IMG/VR virus record: IMGVR_UViG_3300008259_004660
Coordinates: 1-64,000 of that record
Direction: 5' to 3' (one strand)
Length of the DNA stretch: 64,000 nt
DNA from: a virus
The translations under genes and the position numbers were made by a program. The notes beneath the pieces are model-generated. The model ran no database searches, was not told the origin of the DNA, and saw only the letters and a program-made list of their open reading frames with translations. Shown piece by piece: positions 16,777 to 27,506 of this stretch. How positions within the stretch are numbered: position 1 is the first letter of the stretch; the number at the start of each line of letters is the position of its first letter.

Positions 16777-17772
16777 ATGTCAACCGACCAAATTTCAACC
16801 AATCCAACTGAAGTTCTTCAAACAGAAGAACAAAAGAAACCAAAAACGGTAAGTTTTAGCCAATATGCTATGTGGTTGAAATGCCCACAACAATGGAAGC
16901 TATCATATATAGACAAATTAGCACCATACGAAGCAAGCATACATACTGTGTTTGGTACAGGTATACACGCAGCCCTTCAAGAGTATCTTAGGTTATTATA
17001 TACTGTAGGAACATCAGAAGCAGATGCATTGGATACATTTGCATTATTCAAGAAGGAGTATGAGGAAGGACTAAAAGAACTCAAGATTGCAAATGAAGAG
17101 CAGTTGAAGCTTGCTGAAGGCGAGTTAGACTCTCTTGGATTAATTACACCATCCACTGTATCAGAGTTTGAGCAAGATGGTAAAGTTATTCTTGATCACG
17201 TTTTGAGTTATGCACAGCGTAGTAAACATTTTCCAAGTAAGAAATATGAATTGGTAGGTATTGAGCTTCCTTTGGAAATTCCGTTGCGAAATGGAACTAT
17301 ACTTTATAAAGGATTTCTTGATATTGTATTTAGAGACAAAGATACAAAGAAGATTTTGATTCTTGATTTTAAAACCAGTACTAATGGTTGGAACAAATAT
17401 CAGAAAGCAGATAGAACAAAGATCGATCAATTACTTTTGTATAAGCGTTTTTATAATCAGATGTTCAAGGTTCCAATGTCTGACATAGAAGTTGAATTCT
17501 TTGTTGTCAAGAGAAAACTTTTAGAAAATGTTGAATTTCCACAACAGCGAATTCAAAGAATATCTCCTCCAGATGGAAAGATGAGTATGAAGGAAGTTGA
17601 AACTACTTTCCTAGATTTTATAAATAGTGGATTCACCAAAGAGGGTGAATATAATACTTCTGTGCCATTTCCTAAAAACCCCGGTAAAGCTCGCAAAAAT
17701 TGTAAATACTGTGTTTTTAAAACTCTTAAAAACGATAAAGGTGAGTTATACTGCAACGGTAAAGAGGGTTGA
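16777..17772 (+). CDS. PD-(D/E)XK nuclease (RecB/Cas4-like exonuclease)
   Basis: SFSQ...KCPQQW, GFLDIV, ILDFKT, CKYCVF. Confidence 0.85.
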   Translation: MSTDQISTNPTEVLQTEEQKKPKTVSFSQYAMWLKCPQQWKLSYIDKLAPYEASIHTVFGTGIHAALQEYLRLLYTVGTSEADALDTFALFKKEYEEGLKELKIANEEQLKLAEGELDSLGLITPSTVSEFEQDGKVILDHVLSYAQRSKHFPSKKYELVGIELPLEIPLRNGTILYKGFLDIVFRDKDTKKILILDFKTSTNGWNKYQKADRTKIDQLLLYKRFYNQMFKVPMSDIEVEFFVVKRKLLENVEFPQQRIQRISPPDGKMSMKEVETTFLDFINSGFTKEGEYNTSVPFPKNPGKARKNCKYCVFKTLKNDKGELYCNGKEG

Positions 17773-17849
17773 TATAAAAAACATAAATAGTTTTTATACA
17801 TCACAAAATCTGTTGTTCATATATATGTATATAGAAGAAAGGTATATAT

Positions 17850-18059
17850 ATGAAACTAAAATCAAATCACGAAACAAGCTTCACCAGCATTCATATCTTC
17901 AAAGACAAATATACGTCGTTTAAAGAGGCTGGAGTAAGCAGCGGCATGACACTGCAAAAACTAGTAAATCGTTGCGTCTATTTGTATACAAATGACCCAG
18001 AATTCAAAGCAAAGATTGATTCTACCAACGCTCTACAAGTTAGCGGTTCGGCATTTTAA
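17850..18059 (+). CDS. small putative DNA-binding protein (RHH-like)
   Basis: TSIHIFKDKYTSFK...MTLQKLVNRCVYLY. Confidence 0.45.
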   Translation: MKLKSNHETSFTSIHIFKDKYTSFKEAGVSSGMTLQKLVNRCVYLYTNDPEFKAKIDSTNALQVSGSAF

Positions 18060-18103
18060 ATCATTGACAAACATAAGATTTAAATCATAATACAAGGTTA
18101 TAT

Positions 18104-19579
18104 ATGGTAAATGGTTATATTCCTCAAAAGGACAGAAAGAAAATTATACTCCTATGCGATGACCTAAGAATGCATTCTGGTATTGCCACAATGGCAAGAG
18201 AGTTTGTAACAGGTCTAGCTGGTAAATACAACTGGGTTCAGTTGGCTGGTAGTATTCAACATCCCGAAAAGGGAAAGATAATGAATCTTGATAGTGCAGT
18301 CAATCAAATGGCTGGCATCAATGATGCATATGTGCGTTTATATCCAGTGGACGGTTATGGCAATCCTGAAATTCTGAACGAGGTCATTAATCTCGAAAAA
18401 CCAGATGGTTTAATTCATTTTACTGATCCAAGATTTTGGACATGGTTGTATCAAATGGAACGTGAACTTCGCCAACGTATGCCGATTGGATTTTACAGCA
18501 TCTGGGACGACTTGCCATATCCAATGTACAATCGGGCTTTCTATGAAAGCTGTGATTGGATTGGATGCATCAGCAAGCAAACGAAAAATATTATTGAGGG
18601 TGTACTCGGGACTGCACTAAACAATCCTACTACAGTAACATATGTTCCTCACGGAATTAATCCAAAAACATTTCGTCCACTCACAACCGATCAAGAGTTG
18701 AAGGAACTTGGTGTATTGAGAAAGCAGTTGTTCAAAAAAGATTATAACTTTGTATTGTTCTATAACAATAGAAACATTCGTCGTAAGCAAACATCAACAA
18801 TAATGCTGGCGTACAGAAATTTCTGCGATAGTCTTTCTCCAGAAGAAGCAAAGAAGTGTGTTCTCTTCATGCATACAAATACAGCAGACGAAGCGGGAAC
18901 AGATTTACCAGCATGCAAAACGGCATTTTGTCCAGATTATGATGTGATCTTTAGTACAGATAAGATCATGCCAGAAAGACTGAACCAGTATTATAACATT
19001 GCCGATGTTACAATCAATCTTTCAGACAATGAAGGATTTGGTTTAGGAACTGCTGAAAGCATTTCGGCTGGGACTCCAATCATCGTTACAGTAACTGGAG
19101 GATTGCAGGATCAGTGTGGGTTTACAGATGAGAATGGAAAGCCTGTTGAATTCAATCTTGATTGGGGTACAAATGCAGATGGTAGATACAAAAATCATGG
19201 CACTTGGGCAACTCCCATATTTCCGGGAGCAAGAATGGTTCAAGGTAGTATTCCCACGCCATATATTCTCGCTGATTATGCTCGTTGGGAAGACGCCGCT
19301 GTAGCTATGATGCATTGGTATGAAGTTGGTAGAGAAGCACGCAAGGCAAGAGGACTTAAAGGTCGCGAGTGGCTAATTGGACCAAATGGTTTGAGTGCTG
19401 AAAAAATGTGTGAAAACATGGCAGACGGTATCGATAGTATGCTCCGAAATTGGAAGGGTAGAGAAAAATTCAATATTCATCGCCATGATGAATTTGTTGG
19501 GCATAATATGCCAAATAAAAAGTTGGGATTCATTCTACCAAAAATTGATAGACAAGAAGCAAAGAACAAATTTAACTAA
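18104..19579 (+). CDS. GT4 glycosyltransferase
   Basis: HSGIATMARE, NRNIRRK, EGFGLGTAESISAGTPII..TGGLQDQ. Confidence 0.9.
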   Translation: MVNGYIPQKDRKKIILLCDDLRMHSGIATMAREFVTGLAGKYNWVQLAGSIQHPEKGKIMNLDSAVNQMAGINDAYVRLYPVDGYGNPEILNEVINLEKPDGLIHFTDPRFWTWLYQMERELRQRMPIGFYSIWDDLPYPMYNRAFYESCDWIGCISKQTKNIIEGVLGTALNNPTTVTYVPHGINPKTFRPLTTDQELKELGVLRKQLFKKDYNFVLFYNNRNIRRKQTSTIMLAYRNFCDSLSPEEAKKCVLFMHTNTADEAGTDLPACKTAFCPDYDVIFSTDKIMPERLNQYYNIADVTINLSDNEGFGLGTAESISAGTPIIVTVTGGLQDQCGFTDENGKPVEFNLDWGTNADGRYKNHGTWATPIFPGARMVQGSIPTPYILADYARWEDAAVAMMHWYEVGREARKARGLKGREWLIGPNGLSAEKMCENMADGIDSMLRNWKGREKFNIHRHDEFVGHNMPNKKLGFILPKIDRQEAKNKFN

Positions 19580-19588
19580 TATAAACAT

Positions 19589-19939
19589 ATGGCTAAACCA
19601 TTAACAACAGATCAGGCAAAAGATAAGATTTATAACCTAACCAAGCGTCTATTTGAACTTGAAAAGGACAAGAAGGCAGAAATGAAAACATATGCCGAAG
19701 AAGATAGAGAGTTGAAAAATGAAATTGAAGATACATACGAAAAGCAAAAACAAAAAGCCATTAGTGACGATGCCGCAAAAGGTCGTGTGTATGAAGCAAC
19801 CGAGAAGCGCCTTGAAATTGCGAAAGAAAAAAAAGCTAAAGCGCAAGAATACAAGGACGAAATTGGTGATGTTGTAAGCGAAATCTTTGCAGTATTTGCA
19901 GAGCAGGATGATCAAAACACTACCGGAACAAATCCATAA
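19589..19939 (+). CDS. coiled-coil hypothetical protein with internal duplication
   Basis: two similar halves (AKDKIYNLTKRLFELEK / AKGRVYEATEKRLEIAK). Confidence 0.55.
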   Translation: MAKPLTTDQAKDKIYNLTKRLFELEKDKKAEMKTYAEEDRELKNEIEDTYEKQKQKAISDDAAKGRVYEATEKRLEIAKEKKAKAQEYKDEIGDVVSEIFAVFAEQDDQNTTGTNP

Positions 19940-19958
19940 AATAAAAAAGGTTATATAA

Positions 19959-21257
19959 ATGAGTAACGAAATTAAACCAGTCTGTGTATTGCAGGGACCA
20001 GTTGCATCTCGCAGTGGATACGGCGACCACACTTTCCAAATTGCCACTGCATTGATCAATTGGGGCAAGTTCGATGTAAAGATTGTTCCTATGCGATGGG
20101 GAGTTTGTCCAAATACTATGTTGGAAGATGAAAATCGTCCAATGGTCAAGGAAGTAAAAAGCAAAATAGTCAGCAAACTTACTGAGCAACCTGATTTGTT
20201 TGTACAAGTTTCGATTCCAAACGAGTTCAGACCAATTGGAAAATATAATGTTGGTATAACTGCTGGTATCGAAAGCACGGTTCCGAAACCGGAATGGATT
20301 GAGGGATTGAACAGAATGAATCTCAACATTGTTCCTTCTTACTTTTCAAAAGATGTATTTGTAAAAGCTGCTTATGAAAAGAAATTAGATAATGGTGCGA
20401 TTGAAAAAATTTCTTTGAATAGACCCATTGAAGTTGCATTTGAAGGAGTGGATACAAATATTTACAAGAAAACATCAGAACCTTCTGAAGGAATTGACTC
20501 CGCATTAAATGCTGTGAAAGAAGATTTCTGTTTTCTGATGGTTGGGCATTGGCTACAAGGAGATATTGGTGCCGATAGAAAAGACATTGGAATGCTTGTA
20601 AAAGTATTCAGTGAAGTGTTCAAGAACAAGAAGAACAAGCCCGCACTTATATTGAAGAGCAGTGGAGCTACATTCTCCAAGATGGACAGAACGGAAATCT
20701 TGAAGAAGATACATGACATACGTCAAAATATGATGGGCGATCTTCCAAACATCTATTTGATTCATGGAGAACTTGATCCAATCGAATTAAACAGATTGTA
20801 TAATCATCCAAAAGTAAAAGCACATGTAAGCTTCACTCACGGCGAAGGATTTGGCAGACCTTTATTGGAGGCTACACTTAGTGGCAAGCCATTGCTAACA
20901 TCTGGATGGAGTGGGCATGTTGACTTTTTGCCGTCCGAGCTTTCTAATTTATTGCCGGGCAATATTGACCACGTTCCACCAAGTGCATGTAACGATTGGC
21001 TGATTAAGGAAGCAAAATGGTTCAACGTTAACTACAGTGTCGCTGCACAAAAATTGGAAGATATGTTTGAAAATTACATCAAATATGTTCCAAATGCTGA
21101 AAAGCTACGTGTTCAAAACGCTGAAAAGTTTACATTGGAAAATGGAAATAAGGTACTGATTGACATTTTGGATAAGAATCTTCCTTCATTTGAAAAGAAG
21201 GTGGCCATTACTCTTCCAAAGTTCAAAAAAGTTTCAGCACCAACGCCAGTTTCCTAA
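19959..21257 (+). CDS. GT4 glycosyltransferase
   Basis: SRSGYGDH, THGEGFGRPLLEA.LSGKP...WSGHVDF. Confidence 0.9.
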   Translation: MSNEIKPVCVLQGPVASRSGYGDHTFQIATALINWGKFDVKIVPMRWGVCPNTMLEDENRPMVKEVKSKIVSKLTEQPDLFVQVSIPNEFRPIGKYNVGITAGIESTVPKPEWIEGLNRMNLNIVPSYFSKDVFVKAAYEKKLDNGAIEKISLNRPIEVAFEGVDTNIYKKTSEPSEGIDSALNAVKEDFCFLMVGHWLQGDIGADRKDIGMLVKVFSEVFKNKKNKPALILKSSGATFSKMDRTEILKKIHDIRQNMMGDLPNIYLIHGELDPIELNRLYNHPKVKAHVSFTHGEGFGRPLLEATLSGKPLLTSGWSGHVDFLPSELSNLLPGNIDHVPPSACNDWLIKEAKWFNVNYSVAAQKLEDMFENYIKYVPNAEKLRVQNAEKFTLENGNKVLIDILDKNLPSFEKKVAITLPKFKKVSAPTPVS

Positions 21258-21937
21258 TGAAAATCAGTTATCTTGTAACTTGTCATAACGAGACACTTGA
21301 GCTTCTTGAATTGATTGAGAAGCTCAAGAAGCATATTGATTCTGATGCACCAAATGATGAAGTTGTCATACTTGACGACTTTTCAACGAACGATGAAACA
21401 ATAAAGATATTAAACAAAGCAAGGTCATATGGGTTTACTGTTGTACAACATGCATTGAACAAAAATTTTGCTGAACACAAAAATTATGGCAGCAAAAGAT
21501 GTGTTGGTGATTACATCGTTCAAATAGACGCCGACGAATATCCGCATTCAACTCTTCTTTACAACATGAAAGAACTGCTTGAGGCAAATCCAATGGTTGA
21601 ATTGTATCGTGTTCCAAGAGTTAATATTGTAAGAGGAGCAACAGAACAAGACGCTAGAACATGGGGATGGAATATTTCCAAATTACTTGATTACGGAGAT
21701 CTTCCTATCATAAACTGGCATCACGGTGACTATCAATCAAGAATATATAAGAACAGCTTGAAAATTCAATGGCACAAACCTCTGCATGAAACAATTGTTG
21801 GTGCGGAATATGTATCTCAATTGCCAAAAGAAGTTGATTGGGCATTTATACACGACAAGACAATAGATCGTCAACGTGCGCAAAATATGTTTTATAATCA
21901 AAATTGGTCTGTAAAGGCCAATATGGGGCATGGATAA
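21257..21937 (+). CDS. GT2 glycosyltransferase
   Basis: KISYLVTCHNE, ILDDFS, QIDADE. Confidence 0.85.
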   Translation: MKISYLVTCHNETLELLELIEKLKKHIDSDAPNDEVVILDDFSTNDETIKILNKARSYGFTVVQHALNKNFAEHKNYGSKRCVGDYIVQIDADEYPHSTLLYNMKELLEANPMVELYRVPRVNIVRGATEQDARTWGWNISKLLDYGDLPIINWHHGDYQSRIYKNSLKIQWHKPLHETIVGAEYVSQLPKEVDWAFIHDKTIDRQRAQNMFYNQNWSVKANMGHG

Positions 21938-21940
21938 TTT

Positions 21941-22579
21941 ATGAGCAAATTAACACAAATAGGACTGAATTGCGGAACAGACAAGGCGTATTGGCACAAA
22001 TATACTCCTTTTTACGAAAAATATGTTAGTAACTATGTAAATCCAAATCTACTAGAAATTGGAGTTGCCAATGGTGCGTCGTTGAAAATGTGGGAACAGT
22101 ATTTTGGTACATCAACGATTGTTGGTGTTGATATAATCGACAAACGTGGATTTGAAACTCAAAACATAAAGACACTGATTGCAGATCAGAGTAAACCAGA
22201 AGAACTATTGAAGTGTCTTGATATATGCAAAGAATACGAAATCATGGTTGATGATGGTAGTCACATCATCGGACATCAAATTTCTTCAATGGCCACTCTT
22301 TTTCCATATTTGAAATCGGGTGGAGTTTACTTTCTTGAAGATCTTCATACTTCTTTTTGGAAAAACGAAGAAGGAGTAAAGTATGCCAATCCAAATAAAG
22401 ATGCAGTAACTGCATATGATTTCTTATACAATATTTCAAACAATATTCAGTTTGAAACACCACATGCTACGGCAGAACAAATACAGTACATACGAGATAA
22501 TACCGTGCGTATAGAATTTTTCTCAAGAATGGAGAATGATTTTAATGATAGCGTGACGAGTGCCATTTTGAAGAAATGA
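21941..22579 (+). CDS. class I SAM-dependent (sugar O-)methyltransferase
   Basis: LLEIGVANGASLKMW, VDDGSH, YFLEDLHTS. Confidence 0.85.
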   Translation: MSKLTQIGLNCGTDKAYWHKYTPFYEKYVSNYVNPNLLEIGVANGASLKMWEQYFGTSTIVGVDIIDKRGFETQNIKTLIADQSKPEELLKCLDICKEYEIMVDDGSHIIGHQISSMATLFPYLKSGGVYFLEDLHTSFWKNEEGVKYANPNKDAVTAYDFLYNISNNIQFETPHATAEQIQYIRDNTVRIEFFSRMENDFNDSVTSAILKK

Positions 22580-23385
22580 ATTCTTGTGCATTCAACGGAA
22601 GACTCGGCAATAACATGTTTCAGATTGCCGCCACACTTTCTCTGGCCAAAAAGTCCAAAGATGCTGTGGTATTTCCGCACACTACATATGCTGGACACAG
22701 AGGAATAAAGCCAGTCGATCTTGGCATATTTGGTTATGATTTTCCCAGAGGAGAATTGCCAAGTGAAAATACTAGGTATGAAGAAAAAGATGACATATAT
22801 TCAGACATACCTGTAAGCAAGAATCTTACACTTTGTGGATTTTATCAATCATATCAGTATTTTGATGACATTAGAGATGAATTAATCGACAAATATTTTG
22901 TTCCAAACAAAGACATAGCTGAACGTTTGTCGAAAATTGAAATATCACCGAACGCGACTGGTGTAAGTGTAAGGCGCGGCGATTATATCATGCTGCAACA
23001 AAATCACTGTGTATTAAGTGAACAATATTACAATGATGCATTTGAAAAGTACTGCACGGACTCGGATCAATTATTTGTGTTATCGGATGATTTTGATTGG
23101 TGTAAACAGACATTTGGTGGAAATGTGATATATGTTGAAGATAGTGTTGGAGTACAATTGTTTCTGATGACAAAAATGAAACATTTGGTGATGTCTAACA
23201 GCACATTTGCTTGGTGGGGAGCATATCTTAACAGAACAAGTGGAAACATTGTGATGCCAGATCCTTGGTATGGTCCAAATTACGATGGTAGAGGAAAAGG
23301 ACTCATCTATCCAAAATGGAAAGTTTTGAATCACAAGCGTGAAGTGCAGCCTTGGACTGGTGTAACCAAAAATATGATTGATTGA
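22576..23385 (+). CDS. GT11 alpha-1,2-fucosyltransferase-like
   Basis: GRLGNNMFQ, SVRRGDY, SNSTFAWWGAYL. Confidence 0.9.
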   Translation: MNSCAFNGRLGNNMFQIAATLSLAKKSKDAVVFPHTTYAGHRGIKPVDLGIFGYDFPRGELPSENTRYEEKDDIYSDIPVSKNLTLCGFYQSYQYFDDIRDELIDKYFVPNKDIAERLSKIEISPNATGVSVRRGDYIMLQQNHCVLSEQYYNDAFEKYCTDSDQLFVLSDDFDWCKQTFGGNVIYVEDSVGVQLFLMTKMKHLVMSNSTFAWWGAYLNRTSGNIVMPDPWYGPNYDGRGKGLIYPKWKVLNHKREVQPWTGVTKNMID

Positions 23386-23388
23386 ACT

Positions 23389-24303
23389 ATGAAGAATGTC
23401 GTAATAAGCATGTTTGTTTTTCCTTGGGAGATTGATGCACTCGAACGAGTGTTGATCTCACTTAAGGAAGCATCATGTTTTTGTGATAGTGGTGTACGAT
23501 ACACTTTATCCATCACATTGGATATCACTGACAAGAAAACGGATTGGAGTAAATCAACCATCCCATCTTCATTTTTCAGAGACAAGTTTGAAAATTTCAA
23601 GGCTTTATGTAATTGGTGCGATATTGATTTTGATTATAATGAACAGAATGACTGCTTTGGGTCAGCCGCCAAAAGAAGAAAAGATTCCATCAAATACAAA
23701 GACAAATGTGATGCATTTATATGGTTGGACCCAGATATGTATTTTCCCATGCATATACTACAGGTGTTGAATGTAGGTTTAAACTCAATCAAAGACAAGC
23801 TGTATATTCTTACTCCAGAGCTTATACGATATTGGGATAGTTCATGGGATGTTATCGTGAATAAGAATTTCTTGAATGAGCCGCACAACCACAGAGATTA
23901 TTTTGACATGTATTCTATTAACAAGGTGGCACAGGAAATAGATTCTCCATACATATCAAAGTTGGATAATGGTACCATAAAGTTTGGCGGCGGATGGTTT
24001 ACTTGTATTTCTCATGATCTTATGCAGACAGCCACTGTACCAGAATTCATTGGAGAATATGGACCAGATGATACATGGCTTACGCATTTTTCATATGAGT
24101 ATAATAGAAGTAAGCGCATGGTGGTTATAAGCCAACATGTGATGAAAAACGTGGTTGTAACAGAAATTGGTAAAAAGTATATAGTAGAAAATCCATATAA
24201 AAAATATTTATCTTTAAATCCCATTGACATTGATGCACATAAGAGTAAAGTGTGGGAAGAATTTGGTGCAAAGCTCAAAGAACATATTTCTAAAACAGTA
24301 TGA
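23389..24303 (+). CDS. GT-A fold glycosyltransferase-like protein
   Basis: WLDPD (DxD), KFGGGWF, YGPDDT; inside glycosylation island. Confidence 0.5.
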   Translation: MKNVVISMFVFPWEIDALERVLISLKEASCFCDSGVRYTLSITLDITDKKTDWSKSTIPSSFFRDKFENFKALCNWCDIDFDYNEQNDCFGSAAKRRKDSIKYKDKCDAFIWLDPDMYFPMHILQVLNVGLNSIKDKLYILTPELIRYWDSSWDVIVNKNFLNEPHNHRDYFDMYSINKVAQEIDSPYISKLDNGTIKFGGGWFTCISHDLMQTATVPEFIGEYGPDDTWLTHFSYEYNRSKRMVVISQHVMKNVVVTEIGKKYIVENPYKKYLSLNPIDIDAHKSKVWEEFGAKLKEHISKTV

Positions 24304-24872
24304 AAATTTCATTATCAAACGTAATCTTGGACTGTCTTACTACATCTCATATCGAACATATCCATCCACAAGCAAACGAATGGTTTCATTTGCAGTCTGG
24401 TAAAGAGCATTACAGATTACTGATTCATCTGTCGTATTGCTATAACAACATTCAAATCTCAGATATTGGAACGTACAGAGGCGCTTCAGCCATTGCATTG
24501 GCTCAAAATCAAAACAACAAAGTATTCAGTTTAGATGTGGGTGTATTTAGAAATGAAATACCATATAGCAATATAGAATTTTGTGTTGGACATTTTCAAA
24601 ATGATTCAAACATACAAGAAAAAATCCTAAAATCGGAACTGATATTCTTAGACATAGATCATTTGTATCATAATGAAATATGGTTTTATAATTTTCTTGT
24701 AGAAAACAATTGGAAGGGAATAATGCTTTGCGATGATATTCATCTTAGCGATGAGATGGAAAGATTTTGGAGAGAAATTAAACATGAAAAGTACGATATA
24801 ACACAGTACGGTCATCATTCTGGTACTGGAATTGTGTTGTTCAGCAACGAAACAACCTTAAACCTATCATAA
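24300..24872 (+). CDS. class I SAM methyltransferase
   Basis: DIGTYRGASA, FLDIDH, CDDIH. Confidence 0.8.
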   Translation: MKISLSNVILDCLTTSHIEHIHPQANEWFHLQSGKEHYRLLIHLSYCYNNIQISDIGTYRGASAIALAQNQNNKVFSLDVGVFRNEIPYSNIEFCVGHFQNDSNIQEKILKSELIFLDIDHLYHNEIWFYNFLVENNWKGIMLCDDIHLSDEMERFWREIKHEKYDITQYGHHSGTGIVLFSNETTLNLS

Positions 24873-24873
24873 C

Positions 24874-25446
24874 ATGCCAGACGGATTTACACACTATAAA
24901 GGGTTCAGAGCAGCACAACACGGCGATTTTCCAAATGTATTTGGTCCATTCTTGGAAGAGCACAAATTTGACATTATCATCGAGATCGGAACATTGAATG
25001 GAGGATTGACAAGATATCTAAGAGATGCATCTCCAAGCTCAAGAATTGTAAGTTATGATATACGAAGCCAACCAGAACATCCTCAACTGATTGAATGTGG
25101 AATAGAAGTAAAGATAGTAAATATCTTTGGAGATAAAGAAGTAATTGATCAAGAAGCCTTGGATATATTGAAGTCCAAAGGTAAAAAGCTTATTCTGTGC
25201 GATGGTGGTAATAAAGCAGGAGAATTCAATATTCTATCACAATATGTTAACTCTGGAGATTTCATCATGGGACATGATTATGCCAAGTCATCCAAATATT
25301 TTCGAGAGTATATCAATGGCAAAGTGTGGGATTGGTTGGAACTGGAAGATATTCAAATATCAGAAGCATCTACCAAATATGGTCTAATTGAGTATAAACC
25401 AGATCTATTTCAATCCATAGTATGGGTTTGCAAGACAAAGAACTGA
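24874..25446 (+). CDS. CmcI-like methyltransferase/hydroxylase
   Basis: IIEIGTLNGGLT, LCDGGNK..EF, GHDY. Confidence 0.7.
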   Translation: MPDGFTHYKGFRAAQHGDFPNVFGPFLEEHKFDIIIEIGTLNGGLTRYLRDASPSSRIVSYDIRSQPEHPQLIECGIEVKIVNIFGDKEVIDQEALDILKSKGKKLILCDGGNKAGEFNILSQYVNSGDFIMGHDYAKSSKYFREYINGKVWDWLELEDIQISEASTKYGLIEYKPDLFQSIVWVCKTKN

Positions 25447-25447
25447 T

Positions 25448-26038
25448 ATGGAAGAGTATAAAACAGAAGACTATATTGTTGATGGAGACCACAAACCGTG
25501 GGGAGGACATTCTACGGTTATTCTTTTGGAGGAAAATGAACAATATATTCATGGAAATGTGTTAGATATAGGATGTAATACTGGTGGTATAACTTATTGG
25601 TTGGGACAAAACAAAAAAGTAACTTCAATAACTGGGGTTGATATAAACTTAAATGTCAAAGAAGGATTTGAAAAAAATCTTTCTGGGGTGGGTATACCAT
25701 TTAAATTCATATGCGCCAATCTTGTAGAAAAGAAAATAAACGAAGAGACATATGATACGGCAATTTCATTTCATTGCATAGAGCATATTCTTGAAAAACA
25801 CGTTGATGCTTTTATATCCAATTCTACCGCAGGACTGAAAATCGGAGGACATTTGATTGTTAGTATTCCATATATGAAGGAATACAAAGACGACCACCAT
25901 AGGGCGTTTTACAACGACAAACAACTTAAAAACATACTTGAAAGAAATAACTTTGAAACTATCAAGTGCAATTATTCAGAACAAGACTCCAGATGGAGAG
26001 AAAAGCACTTGATCAACGGATTGTTTGTTAAAAAATGA
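25448..26038 (+). CDS. class I SAM methyltransferase
   Basis: VLDIGCNTG, GVDIN, HCIEHI. Confidence 0.85.
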   Translation: MEEYKTEDYIVDGDHKPWGGHSTVILLEENEQYIHGNVLDIGCNTGGITYWLGQNKKVTSITGVDINLNVKEGFEKNLSGVGIPFKFICANLVEKKINEETYDTAISFHCIEHILEKHVDAFISNSTAGLKIGGHLIVSIPYMKEYKDDHHRAFYNDKQLKNILERNNFETIKCNYSEQDSRWREKHLINGLFVKK

Positions 26039-26799
26039 AAATTACAAGTGTAATCAATTATTGTACTATCGATCACATGTTTCTTAAGCCATGTATTGAC
26101 GGTGTGCTCCCATTTTCAGAAAAGGTTATTGTTGCGTACTGCGACCATTTCTTGGATGGAACACCAGAAAACAGAGAACTCATCAATAAAGGAATATCCG
26201 AAAATCCAAAAGCTGAGTTTATTGAGTTTGAATATGACCCAACTCAAAGTTCAAGATGGCATCATAACGCATGTCGCAAGTTGGGAATAATGAACGCATC
26301 AGAAGGCACAGACTATTTCATGTTTCTTGATGTGGACGAAGTACTTGAGGCGGACAAGTTCATTAAATGGTGGAGTATGCAGCAAAATAATTTAAAAGAG
26401 AGTTACAGATTGGCTTGCTATTGGTATTTCAGAGAATTTAAATACAGACTAAAGGTGTGGGAAGAAGCAATTGCGTTGGTAAGAGCGGGTAGGCTCACAC
26501 AAAACGATAATATTATTTTTCATCAAGAAGAACGCAAGGCGATGTTTTGGTGCTTGCCAGAGGAAATGAGAATGGATAAATGTAAATTGGACGGTCTTCC
26601 ATTTTCACATCATTTTTCATGGGTAAGATCCAAGGAAGGTATGTTGAAAAAAGTAAAATCTTGGGGACACAATAAGGATCTTGATTGGTCTGTATTAGTC
26701 GAAGAAGAATTTTCACAGCCATTCAGAGGCAAAGATGTGATTTTTGGAGATAGAGAATATGATATTGTTGAACCCTATCTTAACATTCCAATAACATGA
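26035..26799 (+). CDS. GT2-like glycosyltransferase
   Basis: FLDVDE (DxD), HHFSWVRSKE.MLKKV.SWGH. Confidence 0.7.
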   Translation: MKITSVINYCTIDHMFLKPCIDGVLPFSEKVIVAYCDHFLDGTPENRELINKGISENPKAEFIEFEYDPTQSSRWHHNACRKLGIMNASEGTDYFMFLDVDEVLEADKFIKWWSMQQNNLKESYRLACYWYFREFKYRLKVWEEAIALVRAGRLTQNDNIIFHQEERKAMFWCLPEEMRMDKCKLDGLPFSHHFSWVRSKEGMLKKVKSWGHNKDLDWSVLVEEEFSQPFRGKDVIFGDREYDIVEPYLNIPIT

Positions 26800-27506
26800 A
26801 AGTAATATACAGATTCAGCGATAGAGGATATCCAAAACAGAAGCTCCCAATTGTAAACAATGAAAATTGTTTCAAAAACTTCTGCGTCAATTTTTTGAAT
26901 CGCGATTTATCAGATCTTACATTGATAAGAGACTACTGTAATCCATCCACTCATGCGCAATTTGATTCCATCATAAAAGACATAAACATGGGAGGCTGTC
27001 CAAAAGTTATTGATACAAATAACGGCAACGCCGGTTCATTTAAATTTGCTTTGGAGTATGCCATCAACAACTTCGGTGAAGATGAAATTGTATATTTTGT
27101 AGAAGGAGATTATATCCACGATAAAAATTCAAGAAACATGTTATTGGAAGGATATAGGCTGTTGGATGTGGCGGTAGAATATGTCACACTATATGCCCAT
27201 CCTGACAAAGAAATGGAAGAAGGAATAAAGCCAGAGTATATTTTCAGGTCTGATAGTAGTTATTGGAGAAGCTGCGACAGTACAACCATGACATTCTCAT
27301 CAAGAGTAAAGACCTTGAAAGAAGATAAACCTATATTTGACAAATGGATTTCAGGGGTTCATCCAAATGACCATCAGATGTTTTTGGAATTAAGATCAAA
27401 GGAGCGTATTCTTATTTCTCCCATGCCCGGGCATTCAACGCACGGCGAAACAAAATGGCTGAGTCCGTTTAAAGATTGGAGCAAAATATTGGATGCTTCT
27501 TTATGA
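26796..27506 (+). CDS. GT-A fold glycosyltransferase-like protein
   Basis: GNAGSF, YFVEGDYIH, YVTLY.HPD. Confidence 0.6.
   Translation: MKVIYRFSDRGYPKQKLPIVNNENCFKNFCVNFLNRDLSDLTLIRDYCNPSTHAQFDSIIKDINMGGCPKVIDTNNGNAGSFKFALEYAINNFGEDEIVYFVEGDYIHDKNSRNMLLEGYRLLDVAVEYVTLYAHPDKEMEEGIKPEYIFRSDSSYWRSCDSTTMTFSSRVKTLKEDKPIFDKWISGVHPNDHQMFLELRSKERILISPMPGHSTHGETKWLSPFKDWSKILDASL

Noticed and set aside
16777-17772. Cas4 as part of a CRISPR-Cas system
   Set aside because: No other cas genes or array; solo PD-(D/E)XK exonucleases are routine in phage replication modules
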